Source: Kondoa subrosea
Lineage: Eukaryota
Direction of reading: 5' to 3'
DNA length: 64,000 nt
Assembly: GCA_039545335.1 (NCBI GenBank)
Contig: BCIN01000001.1
Location: 558,001 to 622,000 of the forward strand
In this document: piece by piece, positions 25,598 to 39,124 of the stretch
How the letters are laid out: each line of letters begins with the position of its first letter
Numbering within the stretch: the first letter of the stretch is position 1
The notes under the pieces: model-generated
What the model saw: only the letters and a program-made list of their open reading frames with translations
Told to the model about the DNA's origin: nothing
The model's database searches: none
Made by a program: the position numbers and the translations under genes

Positions 25598-27348
25598 ATG
25601 CCCGCAACTCTGTCTCGACCAGCGATGTCTGACTTTCAATTGCCTGATCCTTTATCTGTTTCGTGCCATGAAGGCAAGGAGAATGACTGGTCGCCGTCCC
25701 AGAGCAGCAAGCGCGGCCTTCAACGAGTTACATCACACGGCTCATCTGCTTCCTTGCTTGAATCTGTCGCCGAGAAGGACTCTACATTCCTGTCCAGCAA
25801 AAGTGTTTTATCAGACAGCTACTCTAGCTTAAGCGACTTCTCAATTATTAGACCTGTCAATGCCTTCTCACCTCAATCCACTACAAGTGTCAGACAAAGT
25901 CATTATTCGCCTTCAGCCTCTCGTCAATTAGGTGTATCTAGTTCAGTAGAGCTGGAAGGTTTGGAATTGGAAGTCGCAAGAGGTGATTCCCCCTTTCACC
26001 GATGGGAAATGGCTATCAAACCAGATGAAGGTGCTGAGGTGAGAGAAAGATGCCTTGCGATTCAGTCTTTACTGATTTTGAGGGCTATCTATCTCACAGC
26101 CCACTGGTTATGTTAGCTTGCATGGAGATATAGATCAATCTATAGACGGAGGATATTATGACGAAACAAGAGCAGTCATTGATCCGCGAGACTTTGACGA
26201 CGAGGTAGGTTATTGTGCGGTACCGGAAGTTCCTGTTCAATCACAGTCAGTGCTTGTCATCAATCGTCGTCTAACTGGCTGATCTAGCATGCTAGAAAGC
26301 AAAGTCTACCTCGGCGTTTCTTACAGCAACCTTCTATCCAGCTTCTCGTCAAAGCATCGATCTTCTTTATCGCTTTATCTCACTTCATAAAACCGCTTAG
26401 CCAAGATTCGCAAATCTTGGGGGAATCAGTCGATCCAGAAGACTTAGTCGAAATCATTCCTCTGCATACTCCTGCAATTGAAGCCTCTTCTTTACCTACC
26501 ACTCTTGCTTCTATACCAACGTCGGCGACTACAGAAGCGTTCCTGTCACTCTCACAACACCTTGTCACGCCTTGTCTTATATCTATCGCTTCTCTGGTCC
26601 TCTTTTACTGGTTGAATCGCACAAGCTTTAGCCGCGACAAGAAGACTCGTTTCAGTACACCACTTCCTCCTAAAGTACTGCCTGCCAGCTGTCAAACAAT
26701 CTTACCATCGAAGCCAACAGAATTTGACATTTGTATTTTTGGTGAGCTGCCATAATCAGTTGACCCTGGTCGCTCCTCGATTGATGGTAAACTCACAGGA
26801 GCAAGAGGATCAGGCAAAACAGCTCTCTTTCATCGTCAACTCTTCAATACTATAGAAGTCGACGAATCGAAATCTTCGCGGTCTCGAAGAATAACTTATA
26901 CTAAGAAGGAGTCAACGATCGGCACTACGATACATGATTCTGTTCCAGGACGGTTAAGTCAGGCGAAATATGTCCTTCAGGTATTTAGTTTGGTTGACCG
27001 GGTGAGTATATATATTCGTTAGTAAGAGGAGAAGGAGTTGATGAGAGAGAGTACAGGCAAGCTTGGAATATGTCAAGAATAGTCTACCTCATTTGAGAGA
27101 AGCTATACCGGAAGGAAGCGAGATTGTGCTCGTGGGCAATAAGTTAGATCTAGTTGTAAGTTCAATTTCCTGCTCCAATGCTAAACATGTCTAATGGTAC
27201 ATAGACTCCTGCTTCTAATGCAATCCGACTACAGGCTCGTAAGATGGCGGAATTCGAAGGCTTTCAATACTTTGAAACAAGCGCGAAATTTGGTACCAAC
27301 GTGTCTGAGCTGTTTAGGACTTTGGCCAAGCAGCTGAGAAGTGCTTGA
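25598..27348 (+). CDS. Atypical Rab/Ras-like GTPase domain fused to a long N-terminal extension with two hydrophobic segments
   Basis: Spliced G1 FDICIFGARGSGKT, G4 IVLVGNKLD, G5 YFETSAKFGTNVSELFRTLA; no DxxG G3 in the usual DTAG form; no C-terminal Cys. Confidence 0.72.
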
Positions 27349-27683
27349 GTCGATACGTGGGACTGTAACATAGTGAGTTATATCGAAAAAGCGCAGAACC
27401 AGCTGAGCTGTATTTCAGTGTTTGTATTTCTGTATCATTCTCACTGCAATTGCTCTATATCGCATTTCCTCCTACCCGATTGTCCATTCTATCTTCTGTT
27501 CGAAGTCTCTCGAGGTGTCTGCGATGCTATTTCCGTATCCCGAAAAAGAAGAGATCAATGCGCAATCGCATTCTTTTGCGAAACTCTTTTCGCCCCTCTT
27601 GTTCTTGATCATCCACTTTGTATACTCGCTATTAATAATCTTAACAACACTCTCTTTTGAACTCCCCCACATTCATTAACAGC

Positions 27684-28923
27684 ATGCTCGCTATTCCACT
27701 GATCTTGGCCTTGGGTGCTACCGCTGTGATCGCAGCTACCGTCAATCCAGTGAGTGGTCTTGTTCTTCTCGCTCTATACCTATGCTGATCAAGGATCTGA
27801 CAGTCATACAACATTCAAGCGGTCTCATTCGACGCTTCTTACACGTCAAACGAATGGGCTTCCGCTAATGACAAATTCAATGGCTTTGAGCATGTCTGTG
27901 AGTGCGATTCATCAGTTCCGGAAATAGGCATTGATTGCAGCGAGCAGGGAGAGCCAAATGCTTGCAATGTTAGCGCCAGATTGCTTGGAATCGTTCTTGA
28001 CTGACAATCCATAACAGGGTGTGGAGCTCACAATGGTCACCATGTAGGCTTATTATGTTGCCGAAGCTCGTCCACTGATGAATGTATTCTAGAACATGGT
28101 TGCGACGTAAGTTCTTGCTTTCGCTTATTGCTTTTTGCTTTTGTTCATGGCCCCACCTAGTCCTCTTCGCAAGGCTAACACTGCTATGGTCTCCTGTTAC
28201 TGCTGCCCTCATTCGCCTAGCAACAATGGTCTCTGCTACACCAAAGCTCAGCCTTACTCTCCAAGTGATCAACTCGGTCCTTTACAAGTAGGCTTACTTC
28301 GATCTTTTGACGATTTCATGCTTATGCTACAATAGTACTGCACTGCCGATGTCTTACCAATGCTCAGATCACCTTTAGTCCAGGCTATTACACAAGCTGA
28401 AATTCTCAATACTCCAATCCCTGCCTTGAAATTGAAGAGCCCTAAATTGTATACCGGTAAACCTGGTATGTCAAGAGCCTCTTCATTAGCAACAACATCG
28501 TTCGCTCATATTCCGTCTTGACTGCGATAGCTCGTTATAGTTGGTCTGCTCCCGCTTCCCAGCTTGGAGGAACGTTTTACGCAAATTTCAAGAAAGGTTC
28601 AGCGTGAGTTCAGCTGATCCTTAGCATTGTCAATTTGCCAATGATATTGAATGCAGTAACGTTATGCTCAAATTGGATGCCAATCTCTCTTGCAAAACTC
28701 CAACTGATTTCAGTGGCTCTGTTCAAGTCGATATCCAGAGTGCAAACGTATGTCTCAAAGCCTCTCGCGCACGTTTACGTGAATAACTCACTATGTCTAT
28801 GCTTGTCACAGTCTGCTAGTGCTATTTACACCGTTGCTTCAGGGTATGCTTCCTCTACTCAGAATCGCAGCATACTTATTATTCCTCTTCAGCACTTTCG
28901 CAAAGCCAAAGACCACGAAATAG
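27684..28923 (+). CDS. Small secreted Cys-rich protein, ~10 exons
   Basis: Signal MLAIPLILALGATAVIA; GT-AG exons give WRAKCLQWCGAH...VSCYCCPH...LCY...YC and a beta-rich C-terminal half; missed by the ORF track. Confidence 0.65.
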
Positions 28924-29296
28924 GGAGGATCCTTGGTTGAGAATATCAAGAAGGTCCTGCAAGTGTGGGAAAGGGGCACCTTCAGGCTATCATATCGTAT
29001 ACATAATAAGTAATTGGATGATTTTGCGACTTTACAAGCTTGGGACCTTCCTTTCCCTTTTTTGCTCGCGGAATCGTCACAAAAGTGATCGAGAAGAGCA
29101 ACCGCTCGATTTGGGCCAGGGCCTCGAGCAGTCAAAGGCAAATTAAAGAGAAAGAATGTGAACAGACTAAGTCAATATGAAAATGAAGTGTGATGGATCA
29201 TAGTAATACATCCAGAGCCAAGAGTCTTTTTCAGGTCTTAAATGCACTGCCCAAACTAAATTATTCTCTCCCATGCGTGTGTTTTCTTGATGCTCT

Positions 29297-32200
29297 CTAG
29301 AATTCACCAAAAGCATTGTTCTTGTAATCACTTCGCAAGCTGTTTCTGCTGTCCTGCGGTTGCTGACCTCCTTGCTGTTGACCTCCTTGTTGCTGACCGG
29401 AAGATAATGGAGCTTGTTGACCGTAACCCATGTACTGCTGTTGAGGCTGACCGTACTGATTGTACGATTGCTGCTGAGCGTAAGAAGCCGGACCTGGAAT
29501 AGCGTTCCTGTACTGAGAGCCACCTGATTGTGGGCCTGAATGTTGGGAAGCGAAAGGAGGTCTTTGACCGCCGCTGCCGCCTAATTGAGGAGCAAACTGG
29601 TTTTGTTGTGGATAGTAAGGGTTAGGCTGATAAGCTTGTTGAGGGTAGCCATAAGGATAACCATATTGTTGTGGATAGCCATAAGGAGATGGTTGCATGT
29701 AGCTTTGTTGCTGCTGTTGCTGAGGATGAGAGATCTGCTGAGCGGGAGAAGGAGCGTTTCCAGCTGAAGATGAAGTCTTGCTCGAGTCGTCCTGACCTGC
29801 AGTCCGACCTTGAGATTGGAAGGGAGCGGGAGAGTGACTGCTTGGGTCTTGATAACCGCCATAACCATACTGTAAGTTGCCCGACCCAATTAGTCCCATG
29901 ATTGGATGAACAGCTTCAAGTACTCACCAGTCCTCGCAGACTATCCTGCTGTTGAGGAATACCATACATATGACTGTAATCCTGTTGCTGAGGAGGAGCT
30001 CCGAAAGGACTATGACTGCCTTGAGCCGAATGCAAAGAGTTGAAAGCTGCATAAGCGGAAGAGACCTGAGGTGGTGCTTGTTGCTGTTGCATGCCGCTGC
30101 TCGAGTTTTGCTGCTGGTTCATGGATAAAGCTGGTGAGGGAGCATGACCTTGGAAATAAGGGGATGAAGCCGAATGAGCATCTTGAGCACCTCCACCAGT
30201 AGCGCTCAATGGTGCATAAGGTGATTGAGCTGAAGAAGGTCCTGACGGAGCTTGATAAGGTGAAGACGAATGCTGATCATGATGTTGTACTTGAGCAAGG
30301 TAAGCAGACGAGAAGTTTTGACCAGGTTGTTGCTGGTAAGAAGGAGTAGGTTGAGCATAGGATGGTTGTTGCTGGTACTGAGATTGAGCATAGCTGTGTT
30401 GCTGAGGATATCCTTGCTGCGAGTATTGCTGTTGCATAGGAGGTTGCTGTTGACCCATTTGCTGCTGTTGCTGATGGGCCAAAGTAGCTGCGACTGGGTG
30501 TGAAGTAGGTTGTTCGTAAGAGTTAGGTCTAGCTTCATTGATCGCAGATGGTTGGTAGCTGTGAGGAGTCACCGACATCAGATAAATATATCTTAGATGC
30601 CGCAAGTACTCACCTGTTTCGCTCTTGCAAATCGTGCGATCTGTTCTCATCCTGAACCTGACCAGTTTGACCTTGTTGCTGAGATTGCGAACCAGATTGC
30701 GAACCAGATTGATCGAACAAACCAAGACTGCCGAACTGAACGCCAACGCGATCCATCAAACCTGAAGCAGGAGCTTCCTGTTTCTGAACAACAGGGGATT
30801 GTTTCTTTTGACTACTACCAAAGCCTGGTGGACCTTGTGAAGAGGTAGTATCTTGTTGATGTTGATGTTCCGAAGCTTCAACTTGCGCTTCCAATTGAGC
30901 AGCAACAGGTTGATCTTGATCTTTCTTTGACACAGCAACCGGTTCTTCTTGCGAAGGAGGTGGAGGAGTAGGATCGCGGAGAGAAATAGGGCCAGCAGGA
31001 TCCATACCGGTTGGTGGCATAGCAGTAGCTAGATCAGGTGAACCAGCAGCATGGTGGTAAGTCTGCTGATTAATCGAGGCTTCTTGATTGTCGGAAGAAG
31101 TCAAGACTGTTTCTGCCCATCCTTCGCCCTCCATCGGTGGTGCAGCAGCGGGAGTAGAGGCCCAAGGATCATGAGGTATCATAATGTACTCTTGCTCATC
31201 TTCAGCTTCAAGTTGTTGTGGAACTGGCTCAACGTGTTGAGCTTGCGATTGTGCTTCAGCAGCTGGAGGAGGTAGAGATGGAGCTTGTTGAGCGATAGGT
31301 GCGGCTTTTGGTTTGGGTTGTTCTGCCGGTCTGTAAGATCACATATACTTTCAAATTATGCGACAATTTAAGGAAGCATGATAGCTTACCTAAGCAGAGA
31401 AGCCCATGAACGAGTGGAAGTAGCGGAAGGACGACTAGGTGCAGTTTTAGCAGGTGCAGCTTGAGGAGCTGCAACTGGAGTGGGCGTGACAGGTTCTTCT
31501 GAAGCCGCAGCAGGTACTTCAAGTACATGCGCAGGTTCGGGTGTAGTGGGAATAGGAGTAGAGGCTTGGACTTGAGGAGCAGGCGTTTGCATAGCTTTGG
31601 GACCAGCAGGAAGAGAAGAATCTTTAGAGATCTTTGGTTTGCCCCATCCTCCCCAAGTACCGTTCGTAGATGGCGCCTGTTGGGTAGCAGATGTACCCAA
31701 GACTGGAGTGTTGACTTGAGGAGTATCACCACCAGCTGTAGCAGCATTACTGAACACATCCGTATCAACACCATTTTCCGTCGGAGCATCTTCAGTTTGT
31801 GCGGGCACATCAAGTACATTGTTGGACGCAGTAACGTTGCCGTTGATTACTGGTGCTGGCCTTGTGCTCGGTTGAACATAGCCCGCACCTCTTCCGCCGT
31901 GGAAACCACCCCTTCCACCTCGAGCAGCAAATCCACCTCGACCGCGTGCGTCTATTTGATCATGATAAGCTCGCTTGAGCATCTCTTATCCGATTGGCGA
32001 CTCACCACCACGACCTCGTAGACCACCTCTGCCTATTCCAGCAGAAGATGGGTTAACAGCAGGCATTTGAATAGCAGGCGCAGGAGCGACTTTGCTCTTC
32101 TTCGGTTTGGCTGCTGATTCCCATTGTTGAGCATGACCTGTCAGTATAGGTCAGAATATGACTCCGCATTGTGAGACAAGACTTTTCTGGTATGCTGACC

Positions 32201-32597
32201 TTCTGAAATTCGAGCAATTGCAGTTTCTAGATCACCTGAAGCGTCTTTGAGCGTGTAGAGCAGGTTCTATTCACCATCAACGTCAGCCATACAGCCCGAA
32301 TGTACGACTGCGAGTGCATGAAGTTCTCACCTGGTCAGACCAATCTTGAAATAATTCTTTGATGAGTGGTAATTGGTCTTTTCCATACTTTGCTCTCAAC
32401 GCAGCTACTTCTTCATCGTCCCCTTCATCGTCTGCTGCTGCTGTTGCTGCTGTTGTACTTGTTGGTGCAGCTTGACGACCGCGAAAACTGGAAGAACCAC
32501 CTCGACCTCTACCACCTCTTGAAGAGGAAGAAGTGAATTGACGAGGTACACTGGTTGTAGATAATGGCTTGCTGCCGTTTGGTATAGACTCTGACAT
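29297..32597 (-). CDS. DEF1: RNA polymerase II degradation factor Def1 (CUE domain + RGG + Q-rich)
   Basis: LRAKYG..QLPLIKELFQDWSDQNLLYTLKDASGDLETAIARISEGHAQQW; RGG boxes; SWASLL; VQFGSL; long Gln/Tyr-rich tail (3' end approximate). Confidence 0.85.
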
Positions 32598-33102
32598 AGG
32601 GGGAATTTAGGTGCGGTATAGAAAGAGCCAATGCAAAATGCGAGCCGACTGGTCGCGACTTGCCTCGTCAGAAGCAGCGATGTGGCGTGAGCTCCAATTC
32701 AGCAAAGGGAGATGAGTGTTTCAAGCATATGCGATACGTATAGAGTTCATCAGCAAGATAGCCTTGCGTCCGCTTATTCAAGTAAATCCAATCCTTACTC
32801 AGACCAACTAGAAACCTGAATATCCTATCAAACAAAACCAGCTTTGTCTGAGTGCTGCCAGTGAAGAAGCGTATATGAAATCTTGGTTTGAAGTTGAAGC
32901 AGAACAGTCGCTCTGCTTTAGCTCAGAACGCCTTTTGAGATGCTCATGTTTGCCAAGGGTCGAGCTGTCGACAGCGAGCTATCAGTAACTTGAGTTAGCG
33001 CTTGACGAAGATGCATGATATTAAAAGGCAGCATGCGTACTCTAATGACATCGCACTCTTTTGGAACTGTACTTCATACGCTGTGTGAATATCCCGAGAA
33101 AT

Positions 33103-33920
33103 TTAGTATTCTGGTCTGCGTATTGCTTGACTAGGTAGAGCGTGGATCTTCGGTATCACACCAGCCAGCGAAAGACGGAACTCGAGTTCAGCAGTAGTAA
33201 ACTGATCGCCATTGTCTATTGAGAGACCTTCGAAACCGGTGATTCTACAAGTTATTGATCGTTAATAGCGGAATATCAATCCCAAGCACTGAACTGAACT
33301 GACCGATCTTTTGTTACTCCGCCAACGAAGCACATGACAGTAGGTAAAATCTTCAGGTCGAATTTAGTCACCAGGAACGGAACATTGGCGACGTCCGCTT
33401 TGATGAAGAGCGTGTTTGCGTGCTTTTGAGCCAGTATCTATTGCACGAAGATCAGCTCTGACTAAATGACCTATTGCAGAGAGAGCCAGACTTACTGCCA
33501 GATGTTTATCCATCACAGCGCAACGCTGGAAATCTCGATGAAAGAAGTGTACAACTGCGGTTTTCGCGCTCCTGTATGTATCGTCATGAGTTTATTCAAC
33601 GAATTCGAGCAGATGACAGCTCCGACACACGCAGTATTCGTCAAAACATCTTTCTCCTCTCTGATTTCGCTTAAACGTCCATGCAAAGTCTCTCTTGCAG
33701 CTGTGGCCCTCATCATCCTGTTACAAACGCATTCATATATTCCCCTGCGCGTGTAGTAGGACCTCGCTCACTCTTGTTTCAGCTCTTCCAATCGCTTTTC
33801 TCGAAATCCACCAAGATCAAAGTCTTCGTCCAGATCTGATAAATCAATGTCTTCTTCGTCCTCTTCTTCCTCATCTTTGTATTTCGCCTGCTTCCCTGGA
33901 GTGTAGATTGATTCTTTCAT
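33103..33920 (-). CDS. PLP1: Phosducin-like protein (Plp1/TXNDC9 family)
   Basis: Spliced: DEDFDLGGFREKRLEELKQE...HGRLSEI...VVHFFHRDFQRCAVMDKHL..LAQKH..TLFIKADV.NVPFLVTK..LKILP...DRITGFE. Confidence 0.88.
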
Positions 33921-34144
33921 TTGACTTTTGCTGGCTGTTATGTGTTGACCTTGTCATGTTCATTTGGCGTCGTACTGCTACAATTGCTCAGAATTTCTGT
34001 AGTCTGTATCTTAATCGCATATGTGGAAATTGTGGATCCTTTAATGTATAAACTTTTCATGCAATTGAAGTAATACGGAAGTATATAATAGCTGTTTACC
34101 ATCACTACCGCCTCTTCCTTTCTCTAAGCCTTCTTCCATACTAC

Positions 34145-35936
34145 TCAATCTTCTGATTTGTCCAGCGGCGTTCTTGTAGGGAGTTTGACTTCCAAACCTG
34201 ATTCTAAGTTTGACCTGTAGGGAGAATACAAAGGCGCCATAGGAATATCATTCTTTTGCATTGGACAAATCAGTTTTTCTTCTTTGATGAGCAAAACGAT
34301 CAGAAGAATGTACCTTTTCAGTGTCCAATTCCAAACTGTGTAAGCTTAGATTGGCTATCGCACTTTCTTCAATACGATGAGATCCTTTTATGACACGAGG
34401 GCTTGATACTTTGCCGACTCTGGAGGAAGAAGCAGATGAAGATCCTTCGATTCCGACTGAGTTTCTGGTGACGAGTTGTACCAAGAATGACACTGAAGAC
34501 AATTCAGCTTGCAACGCATCAGCGTCAAGGAGCATGCTTACTAGCATAGATTTTGCTGATAGCCTCGTATGTGGCGATATAGTATGTTACTGTTTTCGGA
34601 GCATCAGTGAAATGGTAAAGCTATAGAGCGAAGCACTACCTTCAGTTGCGGTAAAGTATAAAATGGTAGTGACAATCTGAAGAGCAGTAGCCAAAGAACA
34701 GCTGGGTAGAGCATAAGACATAGATCGTGCTTAAATTGACGTGCTCACGTGTTCATAATCTAGATATTCTCTTAAATTGTGAGATTGCAGCGTAATGTGT
34801 CACTACTCACTAGAACGCAGATCCTCACCAGCATAACTTTCCTGTCGTCGAAGGACATGCGAGAGTGTGTCTCTTTGAGCTTGAATGCTAGGATGCTGTT
34901 GCGAGAGCAAGTTTGCTCAATTTCCGATCGACCCATGCAAAAGCTTGATTGCTCACACAGTGATAAGGCTGCCGACAAAAGTAGAAACAGCGATCCAAGA
35001 CCTGTGTGTGTGCACATTCATCAGACGGAGCATGGGCGTCCATATTGGGAGACTTGCCCATAAAAGCCCTTGTAAGATGTCGTGTATAACGCGTCCGAGC
35101 TTAAGTCTCCCGATTCTGGAAAAATCAAGTCTTTGTATGCGGATGTCAATATAATGTCTCAGTTTGGTCACAATAGACTTACGTGCAATTGCGATGCCTC
35201 CAATCACAAGGTACGCGAGGAGCAGTCCAACGAGGCTCGCGAAAACCAGCGCTAGTACTTTGTTGTCGCCCTTCAAGAAGATGAAGCATCGGCGAGCGAA
35301 GTAGAACTACAGAACATGTCAGCCCGTAAAAATTTTGATTTCGGATGACTACCTACTTGAACAGTAGCTGTAATCAATCTATCTAGACATTAGTCTCAAC
35401 TCATCTGTTATGTGTATATCTGGCATACGCTGTAAATGCTGCTCCGATCGACAGACCAGCTGGCAAGTAGCTTGGACAATATCAGAGACTGACGACAGCT
35501 TTTAGAGAGACACTTACTCGATATATCTAGGATCGGCATAATGGACAACATGTACCAAATGAATCATCTGAGATAGACAGATGGTCTTCGAGCGAATGTG
35601 AGAAGGAACACAGTCCCGACTGTTGGTTCAATAGTCGTTTCAGTGTTGCTCGTCTCCTGAGCCAGCGATAGACATACCAAGTATCTGCACAGCCATTTGC
35701 TGTCGATGCGGTGGAAATGGTAGAAGTAGAGATAGCACGGCACAAGTACGAAGCTGCTTCAGCTTTGAGCAGACTTAAAGGACGGAAGGTCAGGAAGGGT
35801 ACCCTTCAAGAGCTACATTGATCAGACCTGCTTTGTCGTCAGAGATGATTACAAGAAGGAGCTTTACAGACTCACAACCAATAAATCGTGTACCCAGCGA
35901 AGTCATTGCAGCATGGGATACAACAGTTTGTGACAT
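34145..35936 (-). CDS. Multi-pass membrane protein, paralog A (DUF6534-like)
   Basis: MSQTVVSHAAMTSLGTRFIG...QFYFARRCFIFLKGDNKVLALVFASLVGLL...LKLKETHSR...NDIPMAPLY; many hydrophobic exons. Confidence 0.65.
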
Positions 35937-36509
35937 GATGCAGCAGACGGGAGTCGACGAAATAGGGAAGGAAAAAGAGAGATTGAAATTAACGGAGGGA
36001 AAAAAGAGAGACGCTCCCACGATGCTCACAATCTTGGGGCAAAGCCCAGAATTCCATCTCATGTAGTAGCAATAGACCGGCTAGACAAAAACGAGCCAGA
36101 ACCATCGAGAAGAAATGAGGTCTCTTGTCAAACCGAAAGCATGGAGAGTGGATTGGATAGCGGCGGAGTAGCGGCGTTCGTTCTCGTTTGTGGTACTCGC
36201 AGTACTATTTGTTGTCTCTGAAAAGACACAGCGACTGTATGCGCAATCGACGTTGCGAAGGCAGAGATCGCTGTGGAAAGACCTTCCAAGCGATATGGAA
36301 CGCCATCCTGAAGACACTTTGTATTGATTGTAGACTGCAGTCCTCTGTAAACCTTGCTACCTCGGTACAATTCGAGATGCTTTCCGTGCCGTGCACGAAT
36401 ACGAAAGCCTTCAGAATTGAATGCATATCTGCGAGAATGAAGAAGTATGTGTAAAGGAATTCCAGCATCTATGTGTCCAATTGTCTTCTATGCTATCCGC
36501 TCTACTCAT

Positions 36510-38389
36510 CTACTCATCTGACTTGTGGACATGCGTCTCCGTATGGACTTTCACATTCAGGCCCGATTCAAGGTGACCGCCCGAAGCTGAATAGAAAGGG
36601 GCCATGGGAATATCGTTCTGCGTGAAGATGAGTTTAGAGTCATACAACATGCCAAGAGTGTACCTTTTCGCTGTCCAAATCAAGGCTGCGGATGCCCAAA
36701 TTATCTGCATGATCTTCCCGTCGTGAAATAGTGAAACCATGTTGTCGCTGAACCTTGGTACCTCGAGAGGTGGTAGTCGAGCCTTCTGCTCCGCTGGCAT
36801 TCCTGCAGACAAGTTGGACCAAAAGCGACACTATGTAATGTTCAGCGTACGACTACATGATTCGAGGTCAGGCTTACTGGCATAGATCTTGCTAATGGCC
36901 TCATATGTTGCAATGTAGTAGGTCACTTAGGTTAAAAACGTCAATATTATTGGCAGCGCCAGATGAGTCAGAAACTGACCCCTAGTCTCGACAAAGTACA
37001 GGATAGTCGTGACAATTTGTAGTCCAGTCGATAGAGCACAGCTTCGAAAGAGTGTGAGAAATGAGGCTTCTGTGAAGTGTATGATAGCCTTACGTGTTCA
37101 TAACCTTAACAGAGCAACTTAGCCGGGCAAAGACAGCAAATTGACAGTACTCACAATGATGCAAATCCTCACGATTATACCCTTAGTATCTTCAAAGGAG
37201 GTGCGAGAGTGTGCTTCTTTGAGCTTGAAGACCAGGATACTAGGTCAAAGATTATTTTGATTTACGAAACACAATGCGGAAAACATACCATGTGACAAGA
37301 ATATCAATGAAAGCAGAGACGGCCATCCAGGAACTGAGGCTTAGATGGTCAGATTTTGGTCAAGAAGCTCAAAGCTGTTAACTTGCCCATAAGTGCCGGC
37401 AATCGAGTCTGCGTAGATATTGCCGAAACCTCCAGAGTTTGGCTTGGGATAGACTAGGTCTGAAGGAAGATCGCTGTGTAAGTACATGTACTCCGGCTCA
37501 AGAAATGACTTGCATGCAATGACGATACCCTCGACCACAATGTACGAAAGTAATAGCCCAACGAAAGCCGCGAAGATGATTGCAAGCACTCTGTTATCGC
37601 CTTTCAGGAAGATATAGCATCGACGAGCGAAGTAGAACTATAGTGAATGTCAGTGGGAGCGGAACCTTATTTCTGGAAAATGCTTACTTGAACAGTCGCT
37701 GCGATCAATCTGGCGCACTCTATCAGACCTTGATGCAAGATGTATGACAACTGCGACTCACGCTGTGAAAGCTGCTCCTATCGAAAGACCCGCTGGAAGA
37801 TAGCTGTACGAAGATTAGATATTCTTGGCTAAGGTCCAAGGTACAAGAAGGCCTACTTGAGGTATTCGATGTCGCTAAAATGCGTAACATGCACTCTGAC
37901 GCAACGAAGAAGCATAAAGATGAGCGAAGTTGAATTGGAAATAGCTCTTGACATACTCGAAGAGCATTTGTGACAGACAGATAGTTTGTGCGACTGAGAA
38001 GAAGACTACAGCTCCGACTGTAAAGAAGATCGATTTGTGAGCGTCAAACGTGCCTTACGATGGTTGCACAATCTTACCTAGTATCTTGAGCCATCTACTA
38101 TCGACTCGACCAAAATGATAGTAATACTGAGTTGAGAATGATGAGACAGAGAGAAGAGCTAAGTGGTGGAATGCAGCTTACATGCCATGCTTGCGTCAAA
38201 ACAAATCTTTGTGACATATTAGCTCAGGGCGAAAAGGGAAAACAGAAGAAGTACCCTTCAAGAGCGATATTTAGTAAACCTGCAAACGCTGTTCAGAATG
38301 GAATGCATTGTTCAAGCTTAGACCTCACAACCAACGAATCTTGAGCCCAGTGATTTGAGCGCAGCATCGGAAACGCCAGCCTGCGACAT
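36510..38389 (-). CDS. Multi-pass membrane protein, paralog B (DUF6534-like)
   Basis: MSQAGVSDAALKSLGSRFVG...QFYFARRCYIFLKGDNRVLAIIFAAFVGLL...FKLKEAHSR...NDIPMAPFY; colinear with paralog A. Confidence 0.65.
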
Positions 38390-39124
38390 GTCAATAGAGA
38401 TCTGCGATTTGTATGATTTTCGACGAAGAGTGGGATAAGAGCAGCTAAAGAGGAAAACCAAACTAGATATTGACGCTCGGTCTTCACAGACCCTAGCGCC
38501 CACATCATAAACTCCATCATGTTTCGGCAGTCTCGAGCATTGCCCAGACTTTGATTCAAAGCGTTAAATCAGTTCAACGATATCCTAGAGACGATAGGAA
38601 GCTAGAACATTCCCTAGTGAGCTATTCAAAAGCGCATGGAAGGTATAGGATGCACTAGAGGTGCTTGACGACCGATGACAAGGTCCGCTTGGATCATCTC
38701 AAAGATCCCCGTGCGCGGAAAGGGAAGCGGTAAAACAAGTGTTGGCCTTGCCATCATGCCGATCAGTCGACTCCGAGCGGCTCCAAGCGTAAGACAAGAA
38801 GAACAAAGCGACGGGATCATCAGTCGAGAGTAGGCCAATCGACGTTTTTAGTCCAAATCTCGAACCTCTGTTACGCTATGGCGACTGCTGGTACCAGGTA
38901 GTATGTGTGCAGCCTTGTAGTCAGGTATCAACACATTACGGCGAGCATATTAAATAGAGATATGAGCGGATGCATGTTTGGTCGCTTCAGATGTAATTCA
39001 TCAAGGTCGTGTGATTCATGAAGGCTTGGCCTTGGCAGACAATGAAAATTGAAGCTAGTTCTAGGTATCGGGTGGTGGTCAGTCATAGTATCATGGCGGA
39101 TGGCGGATTATATTACCCTTTCGT

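Noticed and set aside
29300..30720. CAG/CAA runs and a 12-bp tandem (gattgcgaacca)
   Set aside because: Coding low-complexity sequence of Def1, not an independent repeat element
38520..39120. 70-aa ORF upstream of membrane paralog B
   Set aside because: TTG start, no recognisable family; probably promoter or UTR
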